64,000 nt of DNA from Bradymonadia bacterium (GTDB lineage: Bacteria > Myxococcota_A > Bradymonadia > UBA7976 > UBA1532), in contig JBKAGE010000079.1 in NCBI GenBank assembly GCA_046290225.1, forward strand, positions 64,001 to 128,000, given 5' to 3'. The notes beneath the pieces were generated by a model, which did no database searches, had not been told where the DNA came from, and worked only from the letters and a program-made list of their open reading frames with translations. A program made the position numbers and the translations under genes. This document shows, in pieces, positions 30,247 through 40,378 of the stretch. Each line of letters begins with the position of its first letter. The stretch's first letter is position 1.

Positions 30247-31764
30247 TCAGAAGTCCAGCCCTGAGCACACCCCAATGCCTCGAAGACCCTGCAATTGATT
30301 ACCTGCTGCAGGTTGGCACGCCTCTGGGGGCGGGCAGTCGTCGAAGCCGTCACCGAGCCGGCAGAGGGGCAAACAGCGTGGATCTTCACCTTCTGCCGAG
30401 GCGACACAGCTGTATCGGTGCAGACAGTTCGAGCCTCCGGTGAGCGCGTCGACGGTACAGGGCTGACCGGGCCCTGCGAGAGGCCCCTCTGGCCTCGGGC
30501 GGCACCAGCCTGCGAGTGTGGGGCGGCCACGGTCGTCGCGACCCTCGTGCACCGGCGTGCACAGCGCCCCGCCTGGGCAGTCGCTCACCATCGCCAGGGG
30601 GTCACACTCACCGATGCATAGCCCCACGTGGTCGAGAGGGCCTGTGGCCGTGCGGCCCTGTGACAACACGTCGAAGACGCAGGCGCTGTTGCCACGGCAG
30701 GGCTCCGCCAGGGTGAGATCACACCAGCGTGTGCAGCGGTGCAGCCAGTCCGGGCCCACCGCCGCGCAGACGTGACCAGGGGCACAGGTGCCGCCCAGCA
30801 CACGGTCGGATGGAGTGCACGGATCACCCTGCTGCCCTGAGGCGCTGCTGCGTCCACCAGAGATCAGACATGCCCCCACCATGGCGCCGTTCTGCTGATC
30901 GACGACGACGCACTCTGCCGCGGGGCCGCAGCCTGCGGCCTCCAGCGGATCACAGGGGCGATGGCAGAACTGGTACCGCGTACCCCGCAGTCGAGGGCCA
31001 TAATCGATGCAGATCTCACCCTCACCACACTGGCTGAGGGCGTCACAGGGCGCTTTGCATCGGCCGTAGTGACAGAAGAGCCCCGCTCGACACAGCTCTT
31101 CCGCAGGGCGCACCCCTTCAGGATCGATGACACAGGTCTCTCCGGTTTCAGCGAAGCCCGGCCGGGCGCACAGCGAGAGTGGGGGCAGGGTGATGCAGCT
31201 GCTGCGATCGCCGAGCGGGCACATGCTGCGATCCTCGGTGCTGCACTGGGGCGAAGGCCAGCACCAGCCGCCGGCCTCCGGTCGCTCGGCGTCGAAGGCG
31301 ATACACGCCGCGGTGCCCTCACAGGGCGAGACGGCTGTGGGATCACAGGTTGCACGGCAGGTGCCTGCGCCTGCCTCGCCCACACATCGAGTGCCGTCTT
31401 CACAGGGCAACTCGTCGGGACCGCACGGTTCGCCGAGGGGTAGATCGACACGGGCATCAGGGGGACCGGCATCTGGGGTCGCTGCGTCAGGTGTCCCGAG
31501 ATCAGGCGCCCGCGCATCAGAAGGCTCGGCGTCCGGGATGCGAGCGTCTCTCGGCAGCGCGTCGGCAGGGGCACCCTCGTCAGGTGGAGCGAAGGCGTCG
31601 TTGACAACATCACCATCGACGGCAGATCCGTCGGGACTGTGGGCGTCGGCGTCCTGGGCGAGCGCATTGGCGTGCTCGGCGTCTGTCTGCTGTGTGTTCT
31701 CGGCGTCGTCACACGCGACGAGCGTGAGCGAGATCAGCGCCGCAATGGCCCTCGTGCACACCAT
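30247..31764 (-). CDS. Cys-rich lipoprotein with PDA-rich linker
   Basis: Lipobox LVA-C, Asp-Ala-Pro linker and repeated CDP...C modules. Confidence 0.75.
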   Translation of the reverse strand: MVCTRAIAALISLTLVACDDAENTQQTDAEHANALAQDADAHSPDGSAVDGDVVNDAFAPPDEGAPADALPRDARIPDAEPSDARAPDLGTPDAATPDAGPPDARVDLPLGEPCGPDELPCEDGTRCVGEAGAGTCRATCDPTAVSPCEGTAACIAFDAERPEAGGWCWPSPQCSTEDRSMCPLGDRSSCITLPPLSLCARPGFAETGETCVIDPEGVRPAEELCRAGLFCHYGRCKAPCDALSQCGEGEICIDYGPRLRGTRYQFCHRPCDPLEAAGCGPAAECVVVDQQNGAMVGACLISGGRSSASGQQGDPCTPSDRVLGGTCAPGHVCAAVGPDWLHRCTRWCDLTLAEPCRGNSACVFDVLSQGRTATGPLDHVGLCIGECDPLAMVSDCPGGALCTPVHEGRDDRGRPTLAGWCRPRPEGPLAGPGQPCTVDALTGGSNCLHRYSCVASAEGEDPRCLPLCRLGDGFDDCPPPEACQPAAGNQLQGLRGIGVCSGLDF

Positions 31765-31838
31765 GTTTCTTCTTCACCTCTTGCGCTGTGAACGCGCCTG
31801 GCTATCCTCTGCCGTTTGTTCAAGAAGACAAGTGCCAC

Positions 31839-32315
31839 ATGTCTCAAATCAACTACATCAGCGCTCAAGGCGCCAAGAAGCTCCGCGACGAGCTTGATCA
31901 TCTGGTCCGGGTAGAGCGCCCTCAGGTGGTGAACACCGTCTCCGCTGCTGCCGCTGAAGGCGATCGCAGCGAGAACGCAGAGTACATCTACGGCAAGAAG
32001 CGGCTGCGAGAGATCGACCGTCGCGTGCGGTTCCTGGGTAAACGACTCGATGACTGCGAGATCGTCGCGCCGCCCACCACCACGGACAAGGTAAGGTTCC
32101 TGTCGTGGGTGGTTGCGGAGGACGAGGAAGGCGCGCCGCACACCATGTGCATCGCCGGCGCCGACGAGAGCGATCCCAAGGCAGGCTTCATCTCTTGGAA
32201 GTCACCTGTGGGCCGGGCTCTGCTCGGCAAGCAGATCGACGACGAGATCACTGTGAACACCCCTGGTGGAGAAAAAGAGTTCGTGATCCTCGAGATTCAC
32301 ACCGAGCGCCCCTGA
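31839..32315 (+). CDS. greB: Transcription elongation factor GreB
   Basis: GDRSENAEYIYGKKRLREIDRRVRFL and ISWKSPVGRALL motifs. Confidence 0.92.
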   Translation: MSQINYISAQGAKKLRDELDHLVRVERPQVVNTVSAAAAEGDRSENAEYIYGKKRLREIDRRVRFLGKRLDDCEIVAPPTTTDKVRFLSWVVAEDEEGAPHTMCIAGADESDPKAGFISWKSPVGRALLGKQIDDEITVNTPGGEKEFVILEIHTERP

Positions 32316-32346
32316 GCAGAGCCTCTCCTGAGCAGAGGCCCCACCA

Positions 32347-34743
32347 TCAGGGCATGTCACAGGCAGCTTCATCTGCCTCGCCGTCACAGTCGTCATCTTC
32401 GCCGTTGCACAGCTCGTCCGAAGGTCGCACTGCGCCGTCACAGCTGCCCCAACGGCCGGCATCGCAACGCTGAAGACCACCGATGCAGCGCCCGACGTCT
32501 TCTGTGCCGCCCGGGCCGTCGTAGCAGGGCCGAGTGAGGTCTTCGTCTACCCGGCCGTCACAGTCGTCGTCGAAGTTGTTGCAGTCTTCCTCTGAGGGCC
32601 CCACCGCATCTGCGCAGGCCCCCCAAGCGCCGCCGGCGCAGGTCTCCACTCCGAGCGTGCATCGGCCGACGTCGATGCCACAAGGGCGGGTGAGGGCCTC
32701 GTCGGTGGCGTCGTCGCAGTCGTTGTCGAGGCCGTCGCACAGCTCGGCGGAGCCATCCGGGCCCTCAGCTGCACACTCGCCCCAGGCCCCCGCGACGCAC
32801 AGCTCGACGCCGGTGCCACACAGCCCTTCGATCTCACAGGCCCGGGCTACGGCCTCGTCGACGAGGCCGTCACAGTCTTCGTCGGTGTTGTCGCAGGTCT
32901 CTTCTGTGGGCCCCGTGGCGCCCTCGCAGGCGCCCCATCGGGCGTCGGTGCACGTCTGCAGACCGCGCTGGCATCGACCCTCGTCCTGGCCGCAGGGGCG
33001 GGCGAGGCGCTCGTCGACGAGGCCATCACAGTCGTTGTCCACGCCATCGCAGGCTTCGAGGGCAGGGGGGATCTGACCGACACATGCGCCGAAGACGCCC
33101 TCCCGGCAGAGAGCCTGACCGGCCACGCAGGCGCCGACGGTGCCGCCGCAGGCCTGGCTGACGCCTTCGTCGATGCGGCCGTCGCAGTCGTCATCGGCGT
33201 TGTTGCACTGCTCTTCCGCAGGCTCCACCACCCCGATACAGCCCGTCAACTCTCCGCCGATGCATCGCTGAATGCCCTGGCAGGCGACGACCTCGGGGCC
33301 GCAGGGGATCTCGATGGCTTCGTCGACGCTGCCGTCGCAGTCGTCATCGATGTTGTTGCACAGCTCTGCCGTGGGCGTCGTCGCCCCCTGGCACACCGGG
33401 CCGTCGGGTCCGCAGGTGATGGTGCCTTGGGTACAGGCGCCACCCTCGACGCCGCACGACGCCCCTGCTTCACAGGGGCAGGCTTCATCGGTGAGGCCGT
33501 CGCAGTCGTCGTCGAGGCCAGTGCACTCGGCGCCGGTCTCGGCGTCGACAAAGGCAGGGGCTGTCAGGCGGTAGTCTTCGAGGGTGCACACCAGCCACCC
33601 TTCGGCGCCACCACATCGGGCGACCGCTGCCCAGCACAGGCCGTCGACGCGCTCGCACTGTGGCGCCGTCAGCGCCTCGTCCGTGTTGCCATCACAGTCA
33701 TCGTCGAGGCCGTTGCAGATCTCCTCGACGGGCTCTTCGGTGAGGCTGTTGCACACCACCAGGCCTCGAGCTGGATCACAGATGGTCTCCCCGGAGCGGG
33801 CGCACTGTCCGAGGCCGGACTCGCAGGGCTGCCCGGTGCCCTCTACGCCCTCGTCGATGCGACCATCACAGTCGTCGTCTTCGCCGTTGCACAGCTCCTG
33901 GGGCACGGGGCCACAGGTGCCACAGCGGTTGGTCACCCCTTCATCAGTGAGGGCGTCGCAGTCGTCATCGAAGCCGTTGCAGCGCTCTGCCTCGGGCACG
34001 ATGTCGCCCTCGCAGTCACCGAAGGCGCCCCCTGAGCAGGTCTGCGTACCCGCGAGGCAGCGACCTACACCCACCGTCCCAGCAGGGCCGCCATAGCATG
34101 CCTGGCTCTCGTCGCCAGCACACATGCAGCCCTCGTCGGCTTCGTCGACGTTGCCGTCACAGTCGCCATCAAAGCCATCACAAGGTGGCGCGTCAGGGGT
34201 GGACGCTGTCGCCGGAGTGACCTGCTCGAGGCACAGGCCGCCGCCACAGTCGCTCAGACCCTCGACGCACAGGCCGACGCCTGCAGTGCCCTCAGGTCCG
34301 GCATAGCAGCCTGTGAGCGCGCCCTCATCGATACGGCCGTCGCAGTCGTCGTCGGCGCCATCGCACTGCTCCTCGGCGCCAGGGAAGCGATCGGCGTTCG
34401 TGTCGTCGCAGTCGGGGCCCGCAGGGCAGTTTCGCCCGAAGTCGTCGCCGTCTTCGTCGATGCAATCCGTCGACGCGTCGGGCAACGCGGCGTCCACCGC
34501 TGCATCAGCGAGGTCGAGATCCGGGCCACCTGCATCCTCGCCTGCGTCGGGCGCAAGATCGGCGTCCACCCGGGCGTCGGGCAGTTGTGGTCCGGGGACG
34601 CAGGCCTCGGCGACGCAGCGCTGACCCGCAGGGCACTGATCGTCGCTTCGGCAACCTTCCACGTCGATGAGCAGGCTGCAGCTGGAGAGCCAGAGGCCTG
34701 AGAGACCGATCGCCGTATTGAGAGAGAAACGCTTGAGCTTCAC
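32347..34743 (-). CDS. Cys/Asp-rich repeat lipoprotein (MopE-related/putative metal-binding repeats)
   Basis: Lipobox LSS-C; more than ten ExCNGxDDDCDGxxDE repeats. Confidence 0.85.
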   Translation of the reverse strand: MKLKRFSLNTAIGLSGLWLSSCSLLIDVEGCRSDDQCPAGQRCVAEACVPGPQLPDARVDADLAPDAGEDAGGPDLDLADAAVDAALPDASTDCIDEDGDDFGRNCPAGPDCDDTNADRFPGAEEQCDGADDDCDGRIDEGALTGCYAGPEGTAGVGLCVEGLSDCGGGLCLEQVTPATASTPDAPPCDGFDGDCDGNVDEADEGCMCAGDESQACYGGPAGTVGVGRCLAGTQTCSGGAFGDCEGDIVPEAERCNGFDDDCDALTDEGVTNRCGTCGPVPQELCNGEDDDCDGRIDEGVEGTGQPCESGLGQCARSGETICDPARGLVVCNSLTEEPVEEICNGLDDDCDGNTDEALTAPQCERVDGLCWAAVARCGGAEGWLVCTLEDYRLTAPAFVDAETGAECTGLDDDCDGLTDEACPCEAGASCGVEGGACTQGTITCGPDGPVCQGATTPTAELCNNIDDDCDGSVDEAIEIPCGPEVVACQGIQRCIGGELTGCIGVVEPAEEQCNNADDDCDGRIDEGVSQACGGTVGACVAGQALCREGVFGACVGQIPPALEACDGVDNDCDGLVDERLARPCGQDEGRCQRGLQTCTDARWGACEGATGPTEETCDNTDEDCDGLVDEAVARACEIEGLCGTGVELCVAGAWGECAAEGPDGSAELCDGLDNDCDDATDEALTRPCGIDVGRCTLGVETCAGGAWGACADAVGPSEEDCNNFDDDCDGRVDEDLTRPCYDGPGGTEDVGRCIGGLQRCDAGRWGSCDGAVRPSDELCNGEDDDCDGEADEAACDMP

Positions 34744-35204
34744 GTGGCGAGATCACCGTTCAGTGTGTCGAAGGACTCCGCCATGAGGCGGTCGAGCTGA
34801 TCATGGGGCAGCGCCCGCTCGTCGGAGAATGCCAGGCCCACCACCCCGAGGAGGGCCGTGGGGGTCGAGGCCACGTCGACCTCTGGCGGCGCTACGGGGA
34901 GCGCCACCGCGGCGTGGGCGCTCACTGCCCGGGCGCCAGGGCGTACCCGCCCGGTCTCGTCGGTCTTCAGGTTGCACGTGTCCACAGGTCGGCCCGTGGC
35001 CCAGGCGATGCCCGCCATGCCCTTGCCGTGGGGGATGCGCGCCGTGACCTCTACGACGGGGGTGGGCAGGCCCACCCAGGCGACGATCTCAAGCGCATCG
35101 CGCACCCTGAGATGCACGCTGCCAGCAATGGCATCGTGACGACGGAGGAAACCCTCGAGCCACTGCTGAAGGGCAGGGTTGGGGGTGGGCGTCGAGTGGG
35201 ACAT
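34740..35204 (-). CDS. Stand-alone GAF domain protein
   Basis: IPHGKGMAGIAWATGRPV and AVALPV...GVVGLAF motifs; GTGA overlap with the next gene. Confidence 0.8.
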   Translation of the reverse strand: MSHSTPTPNPALQQWLEGFLRRHDAIAGSVHLRVRDALEIVAWVGLPTPVVEVTARIPHGKGMAGIAWATGRPVDTCNLKTDETGRVRPGARAVSAHAAVALPVAPPEVDVASTPTALLGVVGLAFSDERALPHDQLDRLMAESFDTLNGDLAT

Positions 35205-35226
35205 CAGGGCGACGGGCTCCTCAGTG

Positions 35227-36339
35227 TCAGCCTTGGGGGAGCCGCACCACGTGCTCGGTGCGGTCGAATCGTCTGCTGTCGGTCTCTTTGTAGCTGCCCT
35301 CGGGCTCGGCGTAGACCTGGGTGAACCCGTCGACGTCCTCGTGGGCCTCCATCTGGTCGAACCAGTCGTGGACCGCCTGATAGGCCGCCTCGACGTCGTC
35401 GCTGTGATACACCCGCTTGCGCAGCTCGGACCCCTGAGGGATGCCCCGGGTGAAGAAGCCGGTGACCTTCTTGAGCTTGCCCAGGGCCGCCTTCGGGTGG
35501 GGGGCCTCTTCGCAGATGAGATCGAAGTACTGAATCTGCACCGCCCGGCGCTCGCTCAGCGAGGGCACGTAGGGGGTGTTGCCAGCGAGGGCTTCGGCGC
35601 AACGGCGCAGCAGCCACGGGTCCCGCATGAGCCCGCGGCCCACCATCACGCCATCGGCGCCGCTGATGGCCAGGGCGCGCTTGGCGTCTTCCCAGGTGAG
35701 GATGTCGCCGTTCACCAGCAGGGGGATCTGCACCGCCGCCTTCACGTCTTTGATCGACGCCCAGTCCGCCTGACCCCGATAGCCGTCCATGCGGGTGCGG
35801 CCGTGGACCGTCACCATGGCTGCACCTTCTTCCTGGGCCATGTAGGCGATCTCTGCAGCGTTGAGGCGGTCTCGATCCCAGCCGAGGCGCATCTTCACCG
35901 TCATGGGGATCTCGATGGCCGACTTCACCGCCGTGAAGATTTGCCGAGCGAGGGCGGGCTCTTTCATGAGGGCAGAGCCGCTGCTGCCGCTGGTGACGCT
36001 CTTCGAGGGGCAGCCCAGATTGAGATCGACCATGTCGGCGCCGAGGTCGACGCAGTATTTCGCCGCCTCGGCCATGCGGTGCGGGTGCCGCCCGTAGATC
36101 TGAATGCTCACGGGGTGCTCGTCGGCGTCGATCTCCGCCATCTTCCAGATGCGGGCGATCTTGCGGCTGAGCCCTTCGCTGCTGACGAACTCGGTCACCG
36201 TGAGCCCGCAGCCGCCGAGGCCGCGGATCAGACGCCGAAACGGCCGATCGGTGATCCCCTCCATGGGGGCGAGCACGCAGGCTGGGCTGATGGTGATGCC
36301 GCCGGCGTCGATGCTGAGTGGGTGCAGTGGCGTGTTCAT
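35227..36339 (-). CDS. dusB: tRNA-dihydrouridine synthase (DusB-like)
   Basis: LAPMEGITD, DLNLGCP, TVKMRLGW, VHGRT, NGDI and GVMVGRG motifs. Confidence 0.9.
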   Translation of the reverse strand: MNTPLHPLSIDAGGITISPACVLAPMEGITDRPFRRLIRGLGGCGLTVTEFVSSEGLSRKIARIWKMAEIDADEHPVSIQIYGRHPHRMAEAAKYCVDLGADMVDLNLGCPSKSVTSGSSGSALMKEPALARQIFTAVKSAIEIPMTVKMRLGWDRDRLNAAEIAYMAQEEGAAMVTVHGRTRMDGYRGQADWASIKDVKAAVQIPLLVNGDILTWEDAKRALAISGADGVMVGRGLMRDPWLLRRCAEALAGNTPYVPSLSERRAVQIQYFDLICEEAPHPKAALGKLKKVTGFFTRGIPQGSELRKRVYHSDDVEAAYQAVHDWFDQMEAHEDVDGFTQVYAEPEGSYKETDSRRFDRTEHVVRLPQG

Positions 36340-36447
36340 AGCGCAGGGAGGGTACATCATCTGGGGGCGTCGTGGCCAAGGGCCCGATGAATCAGCAGGT
36401 GGGTTTCCACGCTTGTTCGAGGCGACGGGGCGATGCACTCTGAGCGT

Positions 36448-37644
36448 ATGACGCTCGAATTCTACTACGACATTGTCTGCCCGTATGCCTACATCGCCTC
36501 GACCCGTGTGGAGGCCCTCGCTGCCCGAGCCGGGGTCTCGCTCACGTGGTGCCCCGTGCTCCTCGGCGGTGTGTTCAAGGCCCATCAGAGCCCTCAATTC
36601 CCCGGAGATGCCATGGGCCCGGGGAAGGCGAGGCTCAACCTGCTCGACATCCACCGCTACGCCGCCCATCACGGCGTGCCCCTGGAGATGCCCGAGGGGC
36701 ACCCCCGGCGCACGGTAGAAGCCATGCGCTTGATCCTCGCTGCCCCCGAGACCGTGCGGTCGGCCTTGAGCCACGATCTGTTCCGAGCCTATTGGATCGA
36801 GGGGGCAGACATCGCCGATCGGAGCGTGCTCGCAGGCATCGGCGCTCGCCACGGGGTGCCCATCGAGGCCATCGACGGCCCCGAGATCAAGCAGGCGCTC
36901 TTCGATGCTGTCGACGCCGCCGTAGCCCACAACATCTTCGGGGTGCCCACGTTCAGGCTCGGTGGCGAGGGTGGCTCTGGGGAGATGTGGTGGGGTCAAG
37001 ATCGCATGCCCCTCGTGGAGGCCGCCGCTCGGGCCGCCGGGGGTGGTGGTCCGAAGGTGGAGATCTTCCACGACTTCGCCAGCCCGTTCAGCTATCTCGC
37101 CTCGACTCAGGTGGGCCGCATCACCCGGCGACGGGGCCTCACGCTGACGCATCGCCCGATTCTGCTCGGGGCGATGTTCAGGGACATCGGTACGCCCAAT
37201 GTGCCCATGATGGCCATGTCGCCGGCGAAGAGGGCCCACGCCGGCCAGGATATCCTGCGCTGGGCGGACTGGTGGGGGGTGACCTTGCGCTGGCCCAGCG
37301 CCTTCCCCTTGCGGACCGTGGCGCCACTTCGGGTGGCGCTGCAGGCGCCAGAGCTCACCGACGCCCTGTATCGGGCCGCTTGGGTGGATGATGTGAACAT
37401 CGGTGACCCGGAGGCGCTGCGAGGTGTCATCGTCGGGGCAGGGGGGGATGCCGAGGCGCTGCTCTCGGGCACTCAGAACCCCGAGATCAAAGCCCAGCTC
37501 AAAGCCAACACCGAGGCAGCGATCGCCCTGGGTGCATGTGGAGTGCCCACGGTGGTGATCACCGCCGTCGATGGTACTCAGGAGATCTTCTGGGGCCAGG
37601 ATCGACTGCCGCTCATCGAGGCCACCCTCGACCGCATGTTGTGA
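36448..37644 (+). CDS. 2-hydroxychromene-2-carboxylate isomerase/DsbA-family protein with tandem duplicated domain
   Basis: Two copies of (Y/H)DxxxPxxY...GVPT...WGQDR. Confidence 0.85.
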   Translation: MTLEFYYDIVCPYAYIASTRVEALAARAGVSLTWCPVLLGGVFKAHQSPQFPGDAMGPGKARLNLLDIHRYAAHHGVPLEMPEGHPRRTVEAMRLILAAPETVRSALSHDLFRAYWIEGADIADRSVLAGIGARHGVPIEAIDGPEIKQALFDAVDAAVAHNIFGVPTFRLGGEGGSGEMWWGQDRMPLVEAAARAAGGGGPKVEIFHDFASPFSYLASTQVGRITRRRGLTLTHRPILLGAMFRDIGTPNVPMMAMSPAKRAHAGQDILRWADWWGVTLRWPSAFPLRTVAPLRVALQAPELTDALYRAAWVDDVNIGDPEALRGVIVGAGGDAEALLSGTQNPEIKAQLKANTEAAIALGACGVPTVVITAVDGTQEIFWGQDRLPLIEATLDRML

Positions 37645-37663
37645 ACCCCCAGCCGCTGCAGGC

Positions 37664-38596
37664 CTACCAGCGAAAGCCCACGCTTCCCGGGCCGACGATG
37701 ACGCCGTTGGGCTTCTCATCGTCTTCTGAAGAGAAGTACCACCAGGCGAGCCCACCGATCACCGCCGCCCCGCCGATGCCGTAGGCGATGTACGAGGCTG
37801 TGACCTGCCCCTCGTAGGTGTCGCGGGTGTTCAGGTTCTCGGTGGTGCTCAACTCACCATCGATTTGATTCCGGCTATCGAGGGCTGCGAGGGTCAGGCC
37901 TCCGCCGACGACGAGGAGCGCCCCGCCTGCGCCGGTGACGATCCAGGGCATGAGGCTGTCGCTGTCTGCAGGCGACGGAGCCGCCGTGCGGGCAGGTGGT
38001 GGGGCAGGGCTCAGCGTGAAGGAAAGTTGCACCTCGACACCGGGCTTGATCTCCACAGGTTTCGACTGAGGCTCATACCCATCGCGGGTCACCGTGACGG
38101 TGTACTGCCCCAGACGTACGCGGGCCTGCCACGGACAGGCTGAGCCATCGTCGAGCACGCTGGGCACCTGCACATGGGCCCCCTCGGTCTGACACTCGAT
38201 GTTCAGACGACCAAAGGCCTCTTCGGCGAGGGCGCTCACCTTCTCTCTGATTTTTGCCTGCCGCGAGGTGTCGTCCTTGAGCTCGAGGTAGGCCTCGAAG
38301 GCCTCTACGGCGTCGGCCTTGCGTCCGAGCTTGAGCAGGCACTGGGCGATGTTGAGTCGGATGATGGCCCGGGGCCCCTCCTCGGTGGCCAGGGGCTCGG
38401 CCCGCCTGAACTCCTCGAGGGCGCCGCCATAATCTTTGGCTTGATACAGCTGCTCCGCCAGCTCGACGTAGCTTTGGGCCTTGGTCAGCTCAGTGCCCTC
38501 CTGGCCAAGAGCGATCACTGGGGTGAGCAGAGCGGGCAGGCTGAACAGTAAGACACGCAGTGACAGGAGCGGCTGGCGCAAGAGCGGCTGTGACAT
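37664..38596 (-). CDS. TPR + PEGA domain protein
   Basis: Signal peptide, TPR helices, GQYTVTVTRDGYEP and a Gly-rich C-terminus ending VGFRW. Confidence 0.85.
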   Translation of the reverse strand: MSQPLLRQPLLSLRVLLFSLPALLTPVIALGQEGTELTKAQSYVELAEQLYQAKDYGGALEEFRRAEPLATEEGPRAIIRLNIAQCLLKLGRKADAVEAFEAYLELKDDTSRQAKIREKVSALAEEAFGRLNIECQTEGAHVQVPSVLDDGSACPWQARVRLGQYTVTVTRDGYEPQSKPVEIKPGVEVQLSFTLSPAPPPARTAAPSPADSDSLMPWIVTGAGGALLVVGGGLTLAALDSRNQIDGELSTTENLNTRDTYEGQVTASYIAYGIGGAAVIGGLAWWYFSSEDDEKPNGVIVGPGSVGFRW

Positions 38597-38618
38597 GGGC
38601 GAAGATCTCCCGAGTGTT

Positions 38619-40229
38619 CTACTCGTCGATGAGTGGTTTGACCTTGAGGCCCTTGTCCTCTGCGGGTTGGGGGGGCGCTGCTGGGGTCTCTGCTTTCGGG
38701 GTACGCTCGACCTCGGGCAGATCATTCCGCTTTTTTTCGATGGGGGCATCTTCCGGGTTCACTCGGGGCGTGCTGGTGCGCCGGCGCCCGCGTTTGGGGT
38801 TGCGTGCGCGCTTGGGTGTCTTCGGTGGAGGCACGGATGCATCTGGGACCACCGGAGCTTCTGCGTCAGGCACCTGAGGAGGCGCAGGTGGGGCGGTCGC
38901 GTCGGCAGGTGCCGCGGCATCAGGCTTGGTCTGTACCACTGCGTCAGGCGTCGTGACCGCGCCTGTAGGCGGACCCGAGTCAGGTGGTACAGCACCCACT
39001 CCACCATCACCTGTGCTGAGCGCCCACCACGCGCCACCACCCGCAAGGAGCGCCAGCACAACCCCTGGCAGCAACCAGGCATTGCCGGCAGGGCGGGTTT
39101 CTGGAGGTGCCTCTCCGGAAAAAGACGGCGTCACCACAGGTGCAGGAGAGGCGTCGGAGATCGCCTCTCCAGGGAGGGGCAGCGTCTCCAGCTTGCCGTC
39201 GGCGCTGCGGCGGGCCCCGGCGAGGCCACCGAGACCCTCTGCGTCGGGCAGGGCGGCCACGAGAGAGCGGGCCATGGTCTCGGCGTTGCCGAAGCGCTCG
39301 TCAGGGCGTTTGCTCAGCGCTTGTCGGATCGCATGCTGTAGAGGCTCGGGGATCCCCAGGCGCTCGGGCATGGGCGGCACCGGCTCGTTGATGTGGGCCA
39401 GCAGCACCGACAGTGGCGTATCGCCGTGGAAGGGGGCCTTGCCCGTGAGCATTTCGTAGATCACCACCCCGAGGGTGTAGAGATCGGTGCGGCCGTCGAT
39501 GGTGGCGCTGCGGGCCTGCTCTGGGGCCATGTAGCGGGGGGTGCCCAGCACATAGCCCTTCACTGTCTCCACCGTGAGGGTCTCTCGATCAGCGCCCTCT
39601 TTCTCGCTCACCATCTTGGCGATGCCGAAGTCGAGCACCTTGGCCTTCTCGGCTCCCCAGGGATCGAGGGTGATCATGACATTGTCGGGCTTGAGATCCC
39701 GGTGCACGCAGCCCTGGTCGTGGGCCTCGCTCAGTGCGCCGAGGATCTGCACCGTGAGGTCGACCACCCGCTTGGGGGCCATGGGACCGTCAGATCTGAG
39801 CAGGCTCGCGAGAGAGCGCCCCTTCACCAGCTCGAAGACCATGTAGAGGGCGCCGTCTTCCTCACCATAGTCGTGGAGCGTCACCGTGGCAGGGTGGCTC
39901 AGTCGCGCCACCACCTTGGCCTCCCGGAAGAAGCGGGCCCGCATCTCGGGGTTGTCGCCTTCGCCTTGGCGGATCACCTTCACCGCAACTTCGCGGCCCA
40001 CGGGGTGTTGAATCGCCCGGTAGACAGCGCCGAAGCCCCCCTTGCCCAACAGATCGATCAGGGCGTACTTGTCACCGAGGCGCCGGCCGAGCATGGCCTC
40101 GCGCTGATGTCGCGCCTTGATGGCCGGATCGAGGAGGGCTCGATCCGGATGATCCGGGCAGGGGTGCCCCACAGGCAGCGTGCGGGGCACGTCGCACAGA
40201 GGGCAAACTGTGTGTGACGGTGCAGACAT
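38619..40229 (-). CDS. Membrane Ser/Thr protein kinase
   Basis: GKGGFGAVY, VAVK, HRDLKPDN, DFG and APE motifs; one TM helix. Confidence 0.95.
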   Translation of the reverse strand: MSAPSHTVCPLCDVPRTLPVGHPCPDHPDRALLDPAIKARHQREAMLGRRLGDKYALIDLLGKGGFGAVYRAIQHPVGREVAVKVIRQGEGDNPEMRARFFREAKVVARLSHPATVTLHDYGEEDGALYMVFELVKGRSLASLLRSDGPMAPKRVVDLTVQILGALSEAHDQGCVHRDLKPDNVMITLDPWGAEKAKVLDFGIAKMVSEKEGADRETLTVETVKGYVLGTPRYMAPEQARSATIDGRTDLYTLGVVIYEMLTGKAPFHGDTPLSVLLAHINEPVPPMPERLGIPEPLQHAIRQALSKRPDERFGNAETMARSLVAALPDAEGLGGLAGARRSADGKLETLPLPGEAISDASPAPVVTPSFSGEAPPETRPAGNAWLLPGVVLALLAGGGAWWALSTGDGGVGAVPPDSGPPTGAVTTPDAVVQTKPDAAAPADATAPPAPPQVPDAEAPVVPDASVPPPKTPKRARNPKRGRRRTSTPRVNPEDAPIEKKRNDLPEVERTPKAETPAAPPQPAEDKGLKVKPLIDE

Positions 40230-40378
40230 CCAGGTTCCTGACGGATGGGCGTGGCGATGCTGCCGTGCCCCCTCGGGGTGTGAAGTATAGAAGCCACCTG
40301 CAAGAGGTCAATGGATCGTGTAGGGGTGATAGAGGCCCACAAAATCGGACGATGTGGGTGAAAGAGGGAGAGCAGCAC

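Noticed and set aside
35227..37755. 842-aa ORF as a DusB fusion
   Set aside because: The N-terminal 472 codons are antisense to the DsbA-like gene; Dus similarity starts at 36339.
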